Assembly (NCBI RefSeq): GCF_004010195.1
Contig: NC_057720.1
Coordinates: forward strand, 12,204,470 to 12,259,869
Length of the DNA: 55,400 nt
Origin: Chiloscyllium plagiosum
Lineage: Eukaryota
Reading direction: 5' to 3'
Made by a program: the position numbers and the translations under genes. A model generated the notes under the pieces. It had not been told where the DNA came from and made no database searches. It saw nothing but the letters and a program-made list of their open reading frames with translations. Shown here piece by piece: positions 36,555 through 49,562 of the stretch; the first letter of the stretch is position 1; each line of letters starts with the position of its first letter.

Positions 36555-37925
36555 AGAACATAAGAAATGGGAGCAGCAGGAGGTCATGGTCTAGTGATAC
36601 TATCACTGGACTGTTAATCCTGTGACCCAGATAATGTTCTGGGGACCCAGGTTCAATGGTGGAATTTGAATTATTTTTTTAAAAATCTGGAATTAAGAGT
36701 CTAATGATGACCATGAATCCATTGTCTATTGTTGGGAAAAATCCATCTGGTTCACTCGTGTCCTTTAGGGAAGGAAGCTGCCATCCTTGCCTGGTCTGGC
36801 TCACATATGACTCCAGGTTCACAGCAAAGTGGTTGACTCTTACCTGCCCTCTGGGCAATAAATGCTGCCTAGTTAGTGATGCCCTCAATGCATAAAGGAG
36901 TAAAGGAGTTGATCACCTGGCCCCTCAAGCCTGCTCTGTCATTCAATGAGATCATGGCTGGCCTTTTCGTGGTCTCAGCTCCAGCTACCTGCCCACTCAC
37001 CATAACCATTAATTCCTTTACTGTTCAAAAATCTATCTATCTTTGCCTTAAATATATTCAACAAGATAACCTCAACTGCTTCACTAGGCAAGAAATTCCA
37101 CAGATTTACAACCCTTTACATGAAGAAGCTCCTCCTCAAGTGCTGCACTTGGAATATTGTGTGCAGTTCTGGTTGCCCCATTACAGGAAGGATGTGGAAG
37201 CATTTGAAAAGGTACAGAGGAGATTTACCAGGGTGTTGCCTGGTCTGGAGGGAAGGTCTTATGAGGAAAGGCTGAGAGACTTGAACCTGTCTCATTGGCA
37301 AGAAGAAGGCTAAGAGGGGATTTGATAGAGACATACAAGGTGATCAGAGGATTAGATAGGGTAGACAATGAAAGTCTTTTCCTTGGATGATGACATTAGC
37401 TTGTACAAGGGGCCATAACTACAAATTGAAGGGTGACAGATTTAAGACAGATGTCAGAGGCAGGTTTGTTACTCAGAGAATGGGAAGGCCCTGCCTGCCA
37501 ATGTGATTAACTCAGCCACATTAGGGAGGTTTAAATAATCCTTGGATAAGCACTTGGATGATGATGGGATAGTGTAGGGGAATGGGCTTAGATTAGTTCA
37601 TCGCAACAGCGAGGGCTGAAGGACCTGTTCTGTGCTGTATGATTCTCTGTTCTATATTCAACTCAATCTTAAGTCTACTCCCCCTTATTTTGAGGCTATG
37701 TTTCCACCCTCCCCCCACACCCCCGCTGTTCTAGATTCACTCACCTTTGGAAACATCCTCCCTACTTCTACCTTATCTATTTCCTTCATAATTTTATGTG
37801 TTTCTACAAGATTCCCCCCTCATTCTTCTAACCTCCAATGAGTACAGCCCCAGTCTATTCAATCTCTTTTCATAAGCCAACCCTCTCAACTCCGAAGTCA
37901 GCCTAGTGAACCTCCTTTACCATTC
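36555..37925. mobile_element. Nested cluster: minus-strand CR1 interrupted by a SINE (36590-36890, +) and a plus-strand CR1 (about 37140-37655)
   Basis: HLEYCVQFWLPHYRKDVEAFEKVQRRFTRVLPGLEG on +; minus-strand CR1 pieces resume on each side. Confidence 0.8.
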
Positions 37926-37954
37926 CTAACAAGCCATAAGGCTGCTCTCCCATA

Positions 37955-38812
37955 GACTCATACAGCTCAGAAGCAGACCCTTCGGTCCAACCAGTCCACA
38001 CCGAACATAATCTCAAACTAAACTAGTCCCACCTGCCTGCTCCTGGCCCTTATCCCTCCAAACCTTTCCTATTCATGGATTCATCCAAATGCCTTTTAAA
38101 CATTGTAATTGTACCCACATCCACCCCTTCCTCAGGAAGTTCATTCCACACATGAACTATCCTCTGCGTAAAAAAATTTGACCCTCACAACTTTTTAAAA
38201 TCTCTCTCCTCTCACCTTGAAAATGTGCCCCCTCGTCTGGAAGTCCCTCATTCTCGGGAAAAGACAATTACTATTATCTCTATCTATACCCATTACGTTT
38301 GGAGGTGCCAGTGCTGGACTGGGGTGTACAAAGTTAAAAATCATACAACACCAGGTTATAGTCCTACAGGTTTATTTAGAAGCACTAGCTTTCGGAGCGC
38401 TGCTCCTTCACCTGGTGGTTGTGGAGAATAAGATCGTAAAACACAGAATTTATAGCAAAAGGTTACAGTGTGATGTAACTGAAATTATATATTGCAAACA
38501 ACCCTGGATTGTTTGTTAAATCTCTCATCCTTTAGAATGACCATGTTGGTTTCAGTTTGTTCACATGTAAATCCCAGAACCTTTTTAAAAGATACATTCT
38601 CAAGTGAACTTTAACAAGAGTGCCATGTCATCTCAGATAATGCCGTTATGATTTTCTAACCCTCTATAAGGTCACCCCTCAATATCCTATAATCCAGAAA
38701 AAAAAGTCCCAGCCTACCCATCCTTTCTTCATAACTCGAACCTTCCATACCCTGCAACATCCTGTTAAATCTCTTCTGAATCCTCTCCAGCTCAATCATA
38801 CCCTTCCTATAA
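37955..38812 (-). mobile_element. CR1 3' end interrupted by a family-B PLE terminal repeat (about 38297-38645, -)
   Basis: Insert contains cactagctttcggagcgctgctccttcacctgg, the antisense of a mutated hammerhead core. Confidence 0.8.
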
Positions 38813-38959
38813 TTGTCACTGGAGACAGCTGGAGGTTTAACCTGAGGGTCACCACTTCTCAGGGGAGGGGAGAGGTCCAGGAGTCAGCAATCCCCAGGAC
38901 AAGAGTGACCACAATCCAGCAATCTTGAATTCGCTGTGAGGTTGCTCTGAAGGACGCTA

Positions 38960-39400
38960 CACAAATGCAGGTTCTTCGCAATCATGAGTGTGAAAGGGGG
39001 ACGGTGGTGTGATTCCATTGGATTTATGAATTTCTCCTCCCATGAGCAGTAATCCGAGCTGGGTTTGGTGGCATCGTTGGAGGGAGGGGATGGTAGGAAA
39101 TTGAGCAATTGAGCGACCATGTGCTAGCGAATATATTCCAGGCGACAGCTGGAGGAGCCATGCCCCGGATCGCCTGGAATGCGGTAGACGGTGAGCGAAC
39201 GGGACTTTTATGGAAACTTGCTACGGGGGAGACGTAATTTTACCCAAACGGCATTGAGCCTGGTCAAGTGGTGGTTCCAGTCCGGTCCATGTAGCAGCTT
39301 CGCTCCCCTTTTGCTCTGAGAACTTCCGCGGATTAACCAGCTCGTCCAGAAGACCCATCCCTGAGAGGTTCTAAACTCATCCCCGGAGCAAGGTAAAGTC
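38960..39400 (+). promoter_or_regulatory. CpG-rich candidate promoter / non-coding first exon (possibly NEXN)
   Basis: Local CpG enrichment in unique DNA; TGGAATG (MCAT/TEAD) 39175-39181; CAGCTG 39146-39151; CArG-like ACTTTTATGG 39204-39213; donor CAAG|GTAAAG at 39392/39393. NEXN follows MIGA1 in human. Confidence 0.45.
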
Positions 39401-39679
39401 ATTTTCAAACCAGAGGGAGAAACTGGGGATCTGTAATGCAGACTGGTTTGTTTGTGTACGAGAGGTGATGGAATAAGCATTAAAAGGCTGTTCACACATC
39501 TGTGTGTGTATGCTGGGGGGAGGGTATGGTCCTGGGGGGTGGTTACAGTGTGTAGGTGAGTGAGGATAGAAATCTCCTTGGGTTCTGTCTGGAGGAGTCT
39601 GTATCCCCCTGTCCCTCAGTGTGGAAGGGGAGAAAGCAGCAGCCCCAGTATCTAGCCCGCAGTTCCTGGACTGTACACT

Positions 39680-40140
39680 CTCTCACTCACAGTCTCACAC
39701 TCAGTCACAGACACGCACTCATTCACACACACACACCACACACACACACAGGCAGACACACTCATTCACACACACACACACAGGCAGACACAATCAGACA
39801 CACAGTCACAGAATGAAACACACACAGTAAGAGACACACACAGACACACACACATATCAGAAACACACACCCACAGTCAGAGACACACACAGGCAGGAAG
39901 ACACACTCTGACACAGACACACACCATAAAAATACACCCCTCCAGTCAAAGACACATATACACAGACTGACATACACACACTGAGGTACACACAGACATG
40001 CAGTCACACTCAAACACATGGAAATACACTCAGACACGAATACACACAAAAACAGACACAACAAAGACACAACTTTCTACAGACACCCGCACAGTCAGGA
40101 ACAGACGATACTCGGCACACGGGAATACACACACACTCAG
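39680..40140. repeat. CA-rich degenerate microsatellite
   Basis: Interrupted (CA)n / cagacaca tract. Confidence 0.95.
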
Positions 40141-41436
40141 AGAGACGCACTTTATTTGAAAATTCTCATCTCTCGTCAGCAGCCCCACCGATCTGGTGTG
40201 TGGCACTTTGGAAACCTGCTGGGAGGGGTTAAAGTCCGGTCTTGAGGTTTCACCTCATTTCCCCCCCCCCCCCCCATCTCTGTTTTGAAGGGAATCCGAC
40301 GAATTTCAGGGTTGGAGGTTGCTGCCCGCTATGTCCCATGTTCGGTTTGTGAGCTCGACCCAGCTCTTCGGCTTTCCCCGGTCGCTGATTGACAGCTCCA
40401 CAACTCTCCTTCCCCAAGTCTCATGGAACGGCTTCGTTTATTGTACAAACTATCTTTGACTGAGTCTGCTCACTCCGAACTGAGACGCTCAATTTGAGCT
40501 ATGCAAAATCAATGAAAAACGTGCATTTATGTAGCACCCTTCATGTCCCAAACAGTGTTAGGGTCAATTAAGGTTTTATTTTGAGTGTTATAATGTGGTA
40601 CTCCACAAGCTCCCATTAACTAACACCATGTTATCCTGACCTGATCATCTGTTTTTACTTTAATGATTCTGGTTAAGGGATGGAAGTTAGCTAGGATACC
40701 CCACAGACCCATCCCCCCCAACCCCATTCCCCCATTCTCCTTTCAAGCAAGGCCACGGAGAAGACAGGACCTTGGTTTAATATCCCATTTCACAGCGAGC
40801 ACTTCCGACAGTGTGGTACCCCTCAGTGTGCCAGATTGGGTGATGTACCCAGAGGCAGGGTACTGGCAACCCAGCCAAGTAACAAGTGAAGACAGAAACA
40901 TACAATCCAAGTGCAGACTGGTTTCGTTTTAACGTCTTTCTCGAATATCAGAGCTATTTTTGGCTGACTGGTTTCTGAAGATGTTTTGAAGTAATCAGAA
41001 TGAGAATTAGCTTTATTGTCACGTACTCAAATGAGTATGTGAAAAGTTTACAAGTGGTGGCTTAAGGTGCCATCTTAGGTACAAAGGTCACTAAGTACAG
41101 TTTCGCTAGTTACAGAACTTAGAAAAATGGGGAAGTTAAGAAGTCCAGCATTGCGGGGTTTCAGAACAAATTATAAAACAGAGAAAAGAAAAACATTCAG
41201 AACAACACTCTTCCAACCCTGTCTATGCTGGCACCTAGCCTCTTGTCCGCACTGGGCCGTGACTTTAGACTGTACTGGGCTTTACCTCAAGGTTCACAAG
41301 GCCAAGGGGTAAAAGGAGGAGAAGAAATAAATGCAATAACTATCAGCAGAGGGAAAGTGCTAGGGAGACTCATGGGGCTGAAGCTTGATAAATCCCATGG
41401 ACCTGATGGGAGGTTTCCCAGAATATTAAAGGAGCA

Positions 41437-42605
41437 CTGACTCCCACAACTACCTTCAGTACACCTCCTCTCACCCACCTTCCTGCAAACATGCTATCCC
41501 ATATTCTCAATTCCCCCACTTCCATTGCATCTGCTCCCAGGATGAGGCATTCTATTCCAGGACATCCCAGTATCCTCCTATTTGAGTGACCGTTGTTTCC
41601 CCTCCTTGGCAATTAAGAATGCCTTCAAATGCATTTCTTCCATCTCTCGCACTTCTGCCCTCAAACCCCCTCCCCAAAACAACAATAAGGATCGTCCCCT
41701 TAGTCCTCACATACCACCTCATCAACCTCCGATTCCAACGCATCATCCGCCAACATTTCCATCGACTACAACCAACAAAAAGATATTTCCTTCTCCACCC
41801 CTTTCAGCAGGGACTGTTCACTCCGCGATTCCCTCATCAACTTCATACTCCGCACCAACTTCTCCCCCACACCTTTCCCTGCAACTGCAAGAGGTGCAAC
41901 ACTTGTCCCCCCACCTCCCCTCTCACCTCCGTCTAAGGCCCCAAACAATCCTTCCAGATCCGTCAGAGATTCACCTGCACATCATCCAACCTGATCTATT
42001 GTATCCGTTGTTCCCGATGTGCTCTCTATATCGAGGAGACCAAACGCAGACTCGGGGACAGATTTGTGGAGCATCTGTGCTCTGCACGCACCAACCAACC
42101 TGCCCTTCTGGTTGCCATCCATTTTAATTCCCCTCCCACCCAACCACTGGTGACATGTCCATCCTTGGCCTCCTCCACTGTCAGAATGAGGCCAAATGGA
42201 AACTGGAGGAAATATACCTGATATTTCCCCTTGGGAGCTTAGGAACCAATGGCCTCAAAATCAACTTCACCAACTTCAAAATCCCTCCAACCCCAGCCTT
42301 ATCCCATGTCCAGCCCTCCCCCTGCTCCTCGCCTCCCTGACCTGACCTGTCCCATCTTCCTATTCACCTCTCCGCTCGACCCCCTACCTGCATCCACCTA
42401 TCACCATCCTACCTACCCTTACCTGAGCCCCACCCCCCTCCCCCCATTTACGTCTGGGCTCCCTTCCCCTCCCCAGCGCTGACAAAGGGTTTTAGCCTGA
42501 AACGTTGACTTACCTGCTCCTCGGCTGCTGTCTGACCTGCTGTGCTTTTCCAGCTCCACATCTATCGACTCTGGCTACCCATACCTGCAGTCCTTACTGT
42601 CTCCT
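41437..42605 (+). mobile_element. Penelope-like element (family A): RT thumb, GIY-YIG endonuclease relic and terminal repeat
   Basis: FPCNCKRCNTCP..IRQRFTCTSSNLIYCIRCSRCALYIEETKRRLGDRFVEHL..VAIHFNSP; C-rich tract; decayed hammerhead ctgacaaagggttttagcctgaaacgttgac at 42479-42509. Confidence 0.9.
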
Positions 42606-42821
42606 AACTACAGCGATAGTGGATACCTGGGTAATAGTCTCCCAGGAATCCTTAGATTCTGGAAGAGTCCCAGATGACTGGAAAACTCCAGTGTAACACC
42701 TCTATTTATAAAGGGAAGGATGCAAAAAGCAGATAACAATGGACCAGTTAGCTTATTATGCTATTGTATAAATATTAAGAGTTCATTATAAAAACTGTAA
42801 ATGACAGAGCATTTAAAAATA

Positions 42822-43403
42822 CAGATTGCTCTGCGAGTGCACATTTCATTAACAGGAATTCGCTGCAATGTGATTAATGAATTGGGCACACAATTTCTAA
42901 CATGCAAACTTTTAAAACGTGTGTTGGCTGTAGTGCAATTACATCTCCAACACTTTAAGTGCTGTTGCTAAAGCGCGATTTGTCAAAACACAGGGTTATA
43001 CAAGAATGCAGCCATCATGTTATAGTGGGTGGCACGGTGGTTAGTGGGTGGCACGGTGGTGAGTTGTTGGCACGGTGGCACAGTGGTTAGCACTGCTGCC
43101 TCACAGCGCCAGAGACCCGGGTTCAATTCCCGCCTCAGGCGACCGACTGTGTGGAGTTTGCACATTCTCCCCGTGTCTGCGTGGGTTTCCTCCGGGTGCT
43201 CCGGTTTCCTCCCACACTCCAAAAATGTGCAGGTTAGGTGAATTCGCCACGCTAAATTGCCTGTAGTGTTAGGTGCAGGGGTAAATGTAGGGGAATGGGT
43301 CTGGGTGGGTGCGCTTCGGCGGGTCGGTGTGGACTTGTTGGGCCGAAGGGCCTGTTTCCACACTGTAAGTAATCTGTAAGTAATCTAATCTTAGAACTAT
43401 CTC
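42822..43403. mobile_element. Tc1/mariner-type (MER6-like) MITE inside CR1, itself interrupted by a SINE
   Basis: TA|cagattgctct...agaactatctc|TA; CR1 reads through (aaaata|cataat) when it is removed. Confidence 0.55.
43026..43390 (+). mobile_element. Young HE1-type SINE with tandemly repeated 5' end
   Basis: CpG-intact tRNA head; (gtgggtggcacggtggtta)-like unit x3; (TAATC)n tail. Confidence 0.95.
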
Positions 43404-45859
43404 TACATAATATTACCAAGCAGTGTCAGCATGGCTTCACCAAACAGAGGAGGAATCATGTCTGACACATTTACTAGAATTCTTTGAGGAGGTAATAAGT
43501 AGGTTACATAATGGAGAAGGAGTTGATGTAATATATTTAGATTTTCAGAAGGTGTTTGATAAGGTACTGCACGTTAGCGACTTAATATGATAAGAGCCAT
43601 TATGTTGGAGGCGGTGTATTAACAAGGAGAGAGGATTGGTTATCTAATAGAAGGAAGAGGGTTGAGACAGGGAGGCATTTTCAGAATGGCAACCCGGAAT
43701 AGTGGACTCCCACAGGGGTCAGAGCTAGGTCACAATTGTGTACAATATATATTAATGACTTGGATGAGGTAAGTGATTATTGTTGTCTTATTTGCAATGA
43801 TAAAAACAAGTGGAATGCAAGTGATTAGGATAACACAGGTTCTGCAGAGGGATGCAGACAGATTAAGTGAATGGGTAGAAGTCTTAGCAAGTGGAATATA
43901 ATGTGGCAAAATATGAAGTTATGCACTTTGACAGGAAGAATAGAGACACTGAATATTATTTAAGTGGAGAAAGACTGCAGACAGCTACAGAATGAAGGGA
44001 TTTGGAAGTCTTTGTGCATGAATCACAATAAGCTAACACTCAGGTCCAGTATGTAATAGGAAAGGTAAATGGAATGTTGGCCTTCATTTCAATGGCAATA
44101 GAGGACAAAAATTTGCCAAAACAAGTCAGACCAGAGGTGGAAAACTGTTAGCAGTTTTGACCCTTATCTAAGGAAGACTATCTTGGCAACGGAGACAGTT
44201 CAGAGAAGGTTCACTGGGCTGATATGAGGTATGGAGGAACTGTCTTACGAAGAGTGATATAGAGAGGTTGGCCCTGTACTCATTGGAATATAGAAAAATG
44301 AAAGGCAACCTTATTGAAACATAAAACATTCTTAAGGGACTTGACAGGGTAGATGCAGAATTGTTCTTTCCTCTTGTGGGAAAGTCTAGGACCAGACGGC
44401 ATAATAAAGCATTGTCCATTTCAGACAGAGATGAGGAGGAATTTCTTCTCTGGGAGAGCAGTGAACCTGCGGAATTGTGTACCACAGAGAGGGCTGTCAA
44501 GGCTGGATTATTAAGAATACTCAAGGCTGAGTTAGATAGATTTTTAATCAGTGAGATAATCAAGGGTTAAGGGGAAACGGCAGGAAAGTGGAGTTGAGGA
44601 TTATCAGATCAGCCATGATCCCAGTGAATGGCAGACCAGGCTTGATGGGCTGAATGGCCTACTTTTTCTCCAACCTATAATGGACCTGGGAAACTAGATT
44701 TTGGTGAAAAGTCCTGATCATTTTCTTTGAAGTGGTTCTGGGTTAAGACTCCTGAGAAGGCAGTCCATCAGATCTCACCATGTTTTTTCATTGAAGCTGT
44801 ACAAAATTGTTCTAACAACAACTTGGACTTGTTCGGCACCTGTTATTACAAACATACAAAACTGGCATGGAGGGAAAGGCTAGCTTGTCCATCCAACCTG
44901 TCCCTGTTCCGGGGCCATTGTGGCTAAATTCTCTCTATTCATTGGCTCCCACACATCCACTCAGGTTCCAGCTCATAACCAAAAACAGTGGGGAAAGCCA
45001 GGCTTGATAAAGAGGGTAAATTACTCTGCAAGTTCCTCTTCAACCTCCTCAGGGAATCAGGACTTGACCTATGGATCAGATGTTACCTTTAACGTAGAGG
45101 GGATAATCCAAGGTACTACATAACAACATTGTCAAAGATAATTTCACTGGTTCCATACTGAGGTAGGTGACTAAGTGTTTGGTTTAAACTGTATCCAAAC
45201 GAGGAGAGAGTGGTTGGATGGTGGAGTTGTTAATGGTGGGAATTCAAAACCTTTTGACCTGGATGGCATAGCCACCAGTGATGGGCTGAAGGATGCTGAA
45301 GATGTACTGAGGTTAGATTTGAAGAAATGTTGCAATCTTTGGGAGGGTTGCAGGTCTAGAGGAGGTTACAGAATCGAGGGGAGGCCACAAAGCGAATTGA
45401 ACATTAAGGTAAGAATTTTAAACCTGAGGTCTCACCGGACTGAAAGCACAGGGGGATGGGACAATGAAACCTGGCCCAGTGAGAATTGGGACTGACTCAG
45501 GTCTACAGACAGTGAAGGTTAGAGTCCGGTCAGGAGCGCATTGGTCTGGTCAAGTCTGGAGAGAACAAAAACATAATTATGGGTTTCAGGTGAAAAGAGG
45601 CAAGACAGAGACAAGAGATAGGAGGGAGGAATAAGTGCTTAGCAGTGGAGGGAAATCTTGGGAAGGTGTGCATGAAATCATAGCAATTCTTGGGAGATGC
45701 CTCAGGAAAATTTCTGTGATAATCTCTGTGATATAAATAGATGCTCTGAATATTTTATTAGCTGACCAGCAGTGACATCCCTCAGTGCATAGAAAAAGAG
45801 AAACAATTGAGTTGCAATTGCTTGTAATACACATTTGTTACCAGTACAGTTACTTGAAG

Positions 45860-47745
45860 TACATTGAGGAGCGCAGGAGGGAATGCCAGGTGCAGCACTA
45901 GGCATACCTGAAAATGAGGTGCCAACCTGGTGAAGCTACCAAACAGGACTATTTCCGTGCCAAACAGCATTAGCAAGTGATTGTTAGAGATCAGATCTAA
46001 GCTCTGCAGACCTACCACATCAGTTGTGAATGGTAGCAGACAATTAAACAACTCACTGGAGGAGGAGGAGGCTCCACAAATATCCCCATCCTCAACGATG
46101 GAGGAACCTAACACATCAGTGCGAAAGATAAGGCTGAAGCATTCACAACAATCTTCAGCCAGAAGTGCCAAATGATTGATCTACCTCAGTCTCCTCCAGT
46201 GGTCCCCAGTATCATACATAACAGGATTCAGCCAATTCGATTCACTCCACGTGATATCAAGAAATGATTGGAGACACTGGATACTGCAAAGGCTTTGGTT
46301 CCTGACAATATTCAAGCAATAGTACTGAAGACTTCTGCACCAGAACTTGCTGCTCCCCTAGCTTAGCTATTCCAGTACAGTTACAACACTGGCATCTACC
46401 TGACAATGGGGAAATTTGCCCAGTTATGTCCTGTATGTAAAACAGTAGGGCAAATCCAACCCAATGAATTACTGCCTTATCAGTCTCCTATCAATCATCA
46501 GTAAACTGATGGAGGGTGTCATCATCAGTGCTATTAACACAGAACATTACAGTGCAGTACAGACCCTTCAGCCCTCGATGTTGCACTGATTAAGCAGCAC
46601 CTGCTCAGCAGTAACCTGCCCAGTGATGCCCTGTTTGGGTTCCCCCAGGGCCACTCAGCTCCTGACCTCTTACAGCCTTGGTTCAAACATGGACAAAAGA
46701 GCTGAATTCCAGAGGGGAGATTGACAGCCCTGACATCAAGGCTATATTTGACCGAGTGTGGCATCAAGGAGCCCTCGCAAAACTGGCTGTTGCTGGTCAA
46801 TCATCTCTGCTCCAGGACATTTCCCAGGCGTTTCTCTGGGTAGTGTTTTCTCTTGGCTTAGCCATCTTCAGCTTATTCACCAATGACCTTCCCTCATGAG
46901 GATATTTGATGATAATTACACAATGTTCAGCACCATTCATGATTCCTCAGAGACTGAAGTAGTCTGTGTCCAAAAAGCAGCAAGTCCTGGACAATATCCA
47001 GCTGCCAAAAAGTGGCAAGTAATATTCACACCACACAAATGCTAAGAAATGACCATCTCCGACAAGAGAGACTCAAACAGTCACCCCTTGACAATCAATG
47101 GCTTTACCATTACTAAATCCCCACTATCAATTATCTGGTGGTTATCATTGATCAGAAGCTGAACTGGATCTAGAAATGTGACAGTGAGTAACTCATCTCC
47201 TGACTTCCCAAAGCCTGTCCATTATCTACAAGTCGTAAGTCATGCATGTGATTGAATACTCCCCACTTGCCTGGATGGGTGCAGCTCCAACAACAGTCAA
47301 GGAGTTTGACACCATCCAGGATAAAACAGCCCACTTGATTGTCTCCACATGACAAACATCCACTTCCTCCATCACCAATGCTCAGTAGCAGCAATGTGTA
47401 CCACCTACAAGATGAACTACAGACGTTCATCAAGGGTCCTTGGACAGCATCTTTCAAACCCCTGACCACTTCCACCTGGAAGGACAAGGGCAGCAGGTAC
47501 ATGAGGGCACCATCACACAAACATTTCTCTCCAAGCCATTCACCTTCCTGAATTGGAAATATATCAGCTTTCCTTCACTGTCACTGTCAAAATCCTGGAA
47601 TTCCCTCCCTAATGGCTTTGTGGGTCAACCCACAGCAAGTGGACAGCAGCGGTTCAAGAAGGCAGCTCACCCCCACCTTCTCAAGGGGCAACTAGGGATG
47701 GGCAATAAATGTTGGCCCAACCAGTGACACCCACATCCCATAAAC
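45860..47745 (+). mobile_element. L2/CR1-group LINE (decayed RT to 3' end)
   Basis: KALVPDNIQAIVLKTSAPELAAPLA..NYCLISLLSIISKLMEGV..DIKAIFDRVWHQG..SKSWNSLP. Confidence 0.85.
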
Positions 47746-48015
47746 AAATTTTTAAAAATATTTATAATGACAAAAGAATTGAAGGTATGTCCATAGAAAG
47801 GAATGTGGAAAGAAGTAAGTGGTATTTGTAAATAGGTGTGCCAGAGAAAAGATGGTCTCCACTGAGGTATAATAAAGGAATTACTCAGGACATATTGGAG
47901 TAAAGAATGACCAGAGTCTTGGTACTAGTTAGTTAGAAAGCTAATTGGAATAGTGTATGCAGGTTGCAAAGAGCAAGATAGATCCAAAAATGAAATCTGT
48001 CCGGTACTGTACATC

Positions 48016-48590
48016 TAGAGTCATACAGTACGGAAACAGACTATTTCATCCAACTCTTCCATGTCGACCATGTTTCCCAAATTGTACTAGTCCCACTTGC
48101 TTGCATTTGGTCCATATCCCTCTAAACCTTTCCTATTCATGTACCTGTCCAAACATTTTTTAAATGTTATAACTGTACCTGCATCTACACTTTGTGTACC
48201 TGTTCATTTCATGTACGCATCACCCTCTAAGTGAAAAAAATGACCCTCAGGTCCCTTCTAAAACTTTCTCCCCTCACCTTAAAAATATGCTCTCTAGGTT
48301 TGAACTCCCTGACCCCAGGGAAAAGACTTTGCTATTCATTTTATCAATGCCCCTCATAATTTTATAAACCTCCATAAGGTCACCCCTAAACATCCTACGC
48401 TCCAGTGAAAAAAACAGCCCAGCCTATCCAGCCTCTCATAGAACATAGAACATAGAACAATACAGCACAGAACAGGCCCTTCGGCCCACGATGTTGTGCT
48501 GAACATTTGTCCTAGCTTAAGCTCTTCTTATAACTCAAACCCTCCAGCCCTGGCAACATGCTTGTAAATCTCTTCTGAACCCTCTCCAAC
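48016..48590 (-). mobile_element. CR1 3' end with a short nested CR1-tail insertion (about 48437-48520)
   Basis: CR1 tail motifs; (catagaa)n tail of the nested piece. Confidence 0.85.
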
Positions 48591-49130
48591 CATCATTTTC
48601 CTGCCATCTTATGTTCACACCCAAATCTACAGTTCCAGTGAGTGAAAGCTTTCCCATTTATTAATGAAAGCATATCTTCTGCCAGGCTCATAACTTCAAA
48701 AGCAGATTGGCAGTTTTTGGCACCAAATTCTTAAGAACCTTATTGTTCCTATGCACCCATACCTTATATGAGTAGTCAATGAATGTGAAGTTTACTTGTC
48801 CCAGTAAGCCGGTTTGTTTGAACCTTCTGTGATGTACAACACTGTTTTAATCTGGACCGGGCTGTTCATTTATAAGTGCAAATTTTAGTGTGTTACCCAA
48901 AGTATGTTTTGCAACAGAGCAGTGCTTTTCACTGTTCCTTTGCAGATCTTTTTGCAAAATTTGTTTAACTTTTATGTTGAACAGGAACACTGTGCATTAA
49001 AGACTGTTACCGCTCATCAAACGCAAGCCAGTCACCACAGCTCTTAAAAGATTTGCGTTTTGAGGTCCCTCTTGCAAAGCTCAACTTGAAAAAAATGAGG
49101 AACTGGCATTCACATAGCAGCTATCACACT

Positions 49131-49562
49131 CGGTAAAAACAAACTACTGCAGACGTTAGACATCTGAGCAGTAGTGGGAGAATCTCAGCAGGTCTGGCAG
49201 CATCTGTAGAGAGAGAGAGGAACAGAGTTATTTTTTTGGGTCCAGCGACTATTTTTCAGAACTAGTATTTACATAGCAACTATCACACATCTTGAGATGT
49301 GCCAAGGAGGTTGCTTTATAGGCAAATATGGCAGCCATTTTGTGCACAGCATTGTTCCACAAAATGACTGGGTAATCTGTTATTGGTGGATTGATTTGAG
49401 GTATAAATGTTGGCCAGATAATTCTCTGTTTGTGATAAAAACCGAAGTAACTGCGGATGCTGGAAATCAGAAACAAAAACAGAAATTGCTGGAAAAGCTC
49501 AGCACGTCTGGCAGCATCTGTGCAGAGAAATCGGATTGAGTGGCCCTTCCTCAGAACTCAAA
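49131..49562 (-). mobile_element. Two older PLE terminal-repeat fragments within a DeuSINE-like relic
   Basis: ctcagcaggtctggcagcatctgt..gagaga motif. Duplicated flank attcacatagcagctatcacac / atttacatagcaactatcacac. Confidence 0.65.

Larger units (their letters stand above)
41310..44685 (+). mobile_element. Old CR1 LINE (RT to 3' end) carrying nested insertions
   Basis: LMGLKLDKSHGPDG.FPRILKE | SLDSGRVPDDWKT | QHGF..YLDFQKVFDKV..PQGSELG..; 3' end at about 44680. Confidence 0.9.

Noticed and set aside
39556..40245. His/Thr- and Cys/Val-rich ORFs
   Set aside because: Translations of the CA microsatellite.
43070..43140. tRNA genes at SINE heads (also 19066, 30852 and others)
   Set aside because: The tRNA-like heads continue into a SINE body and LINE-derived tail.
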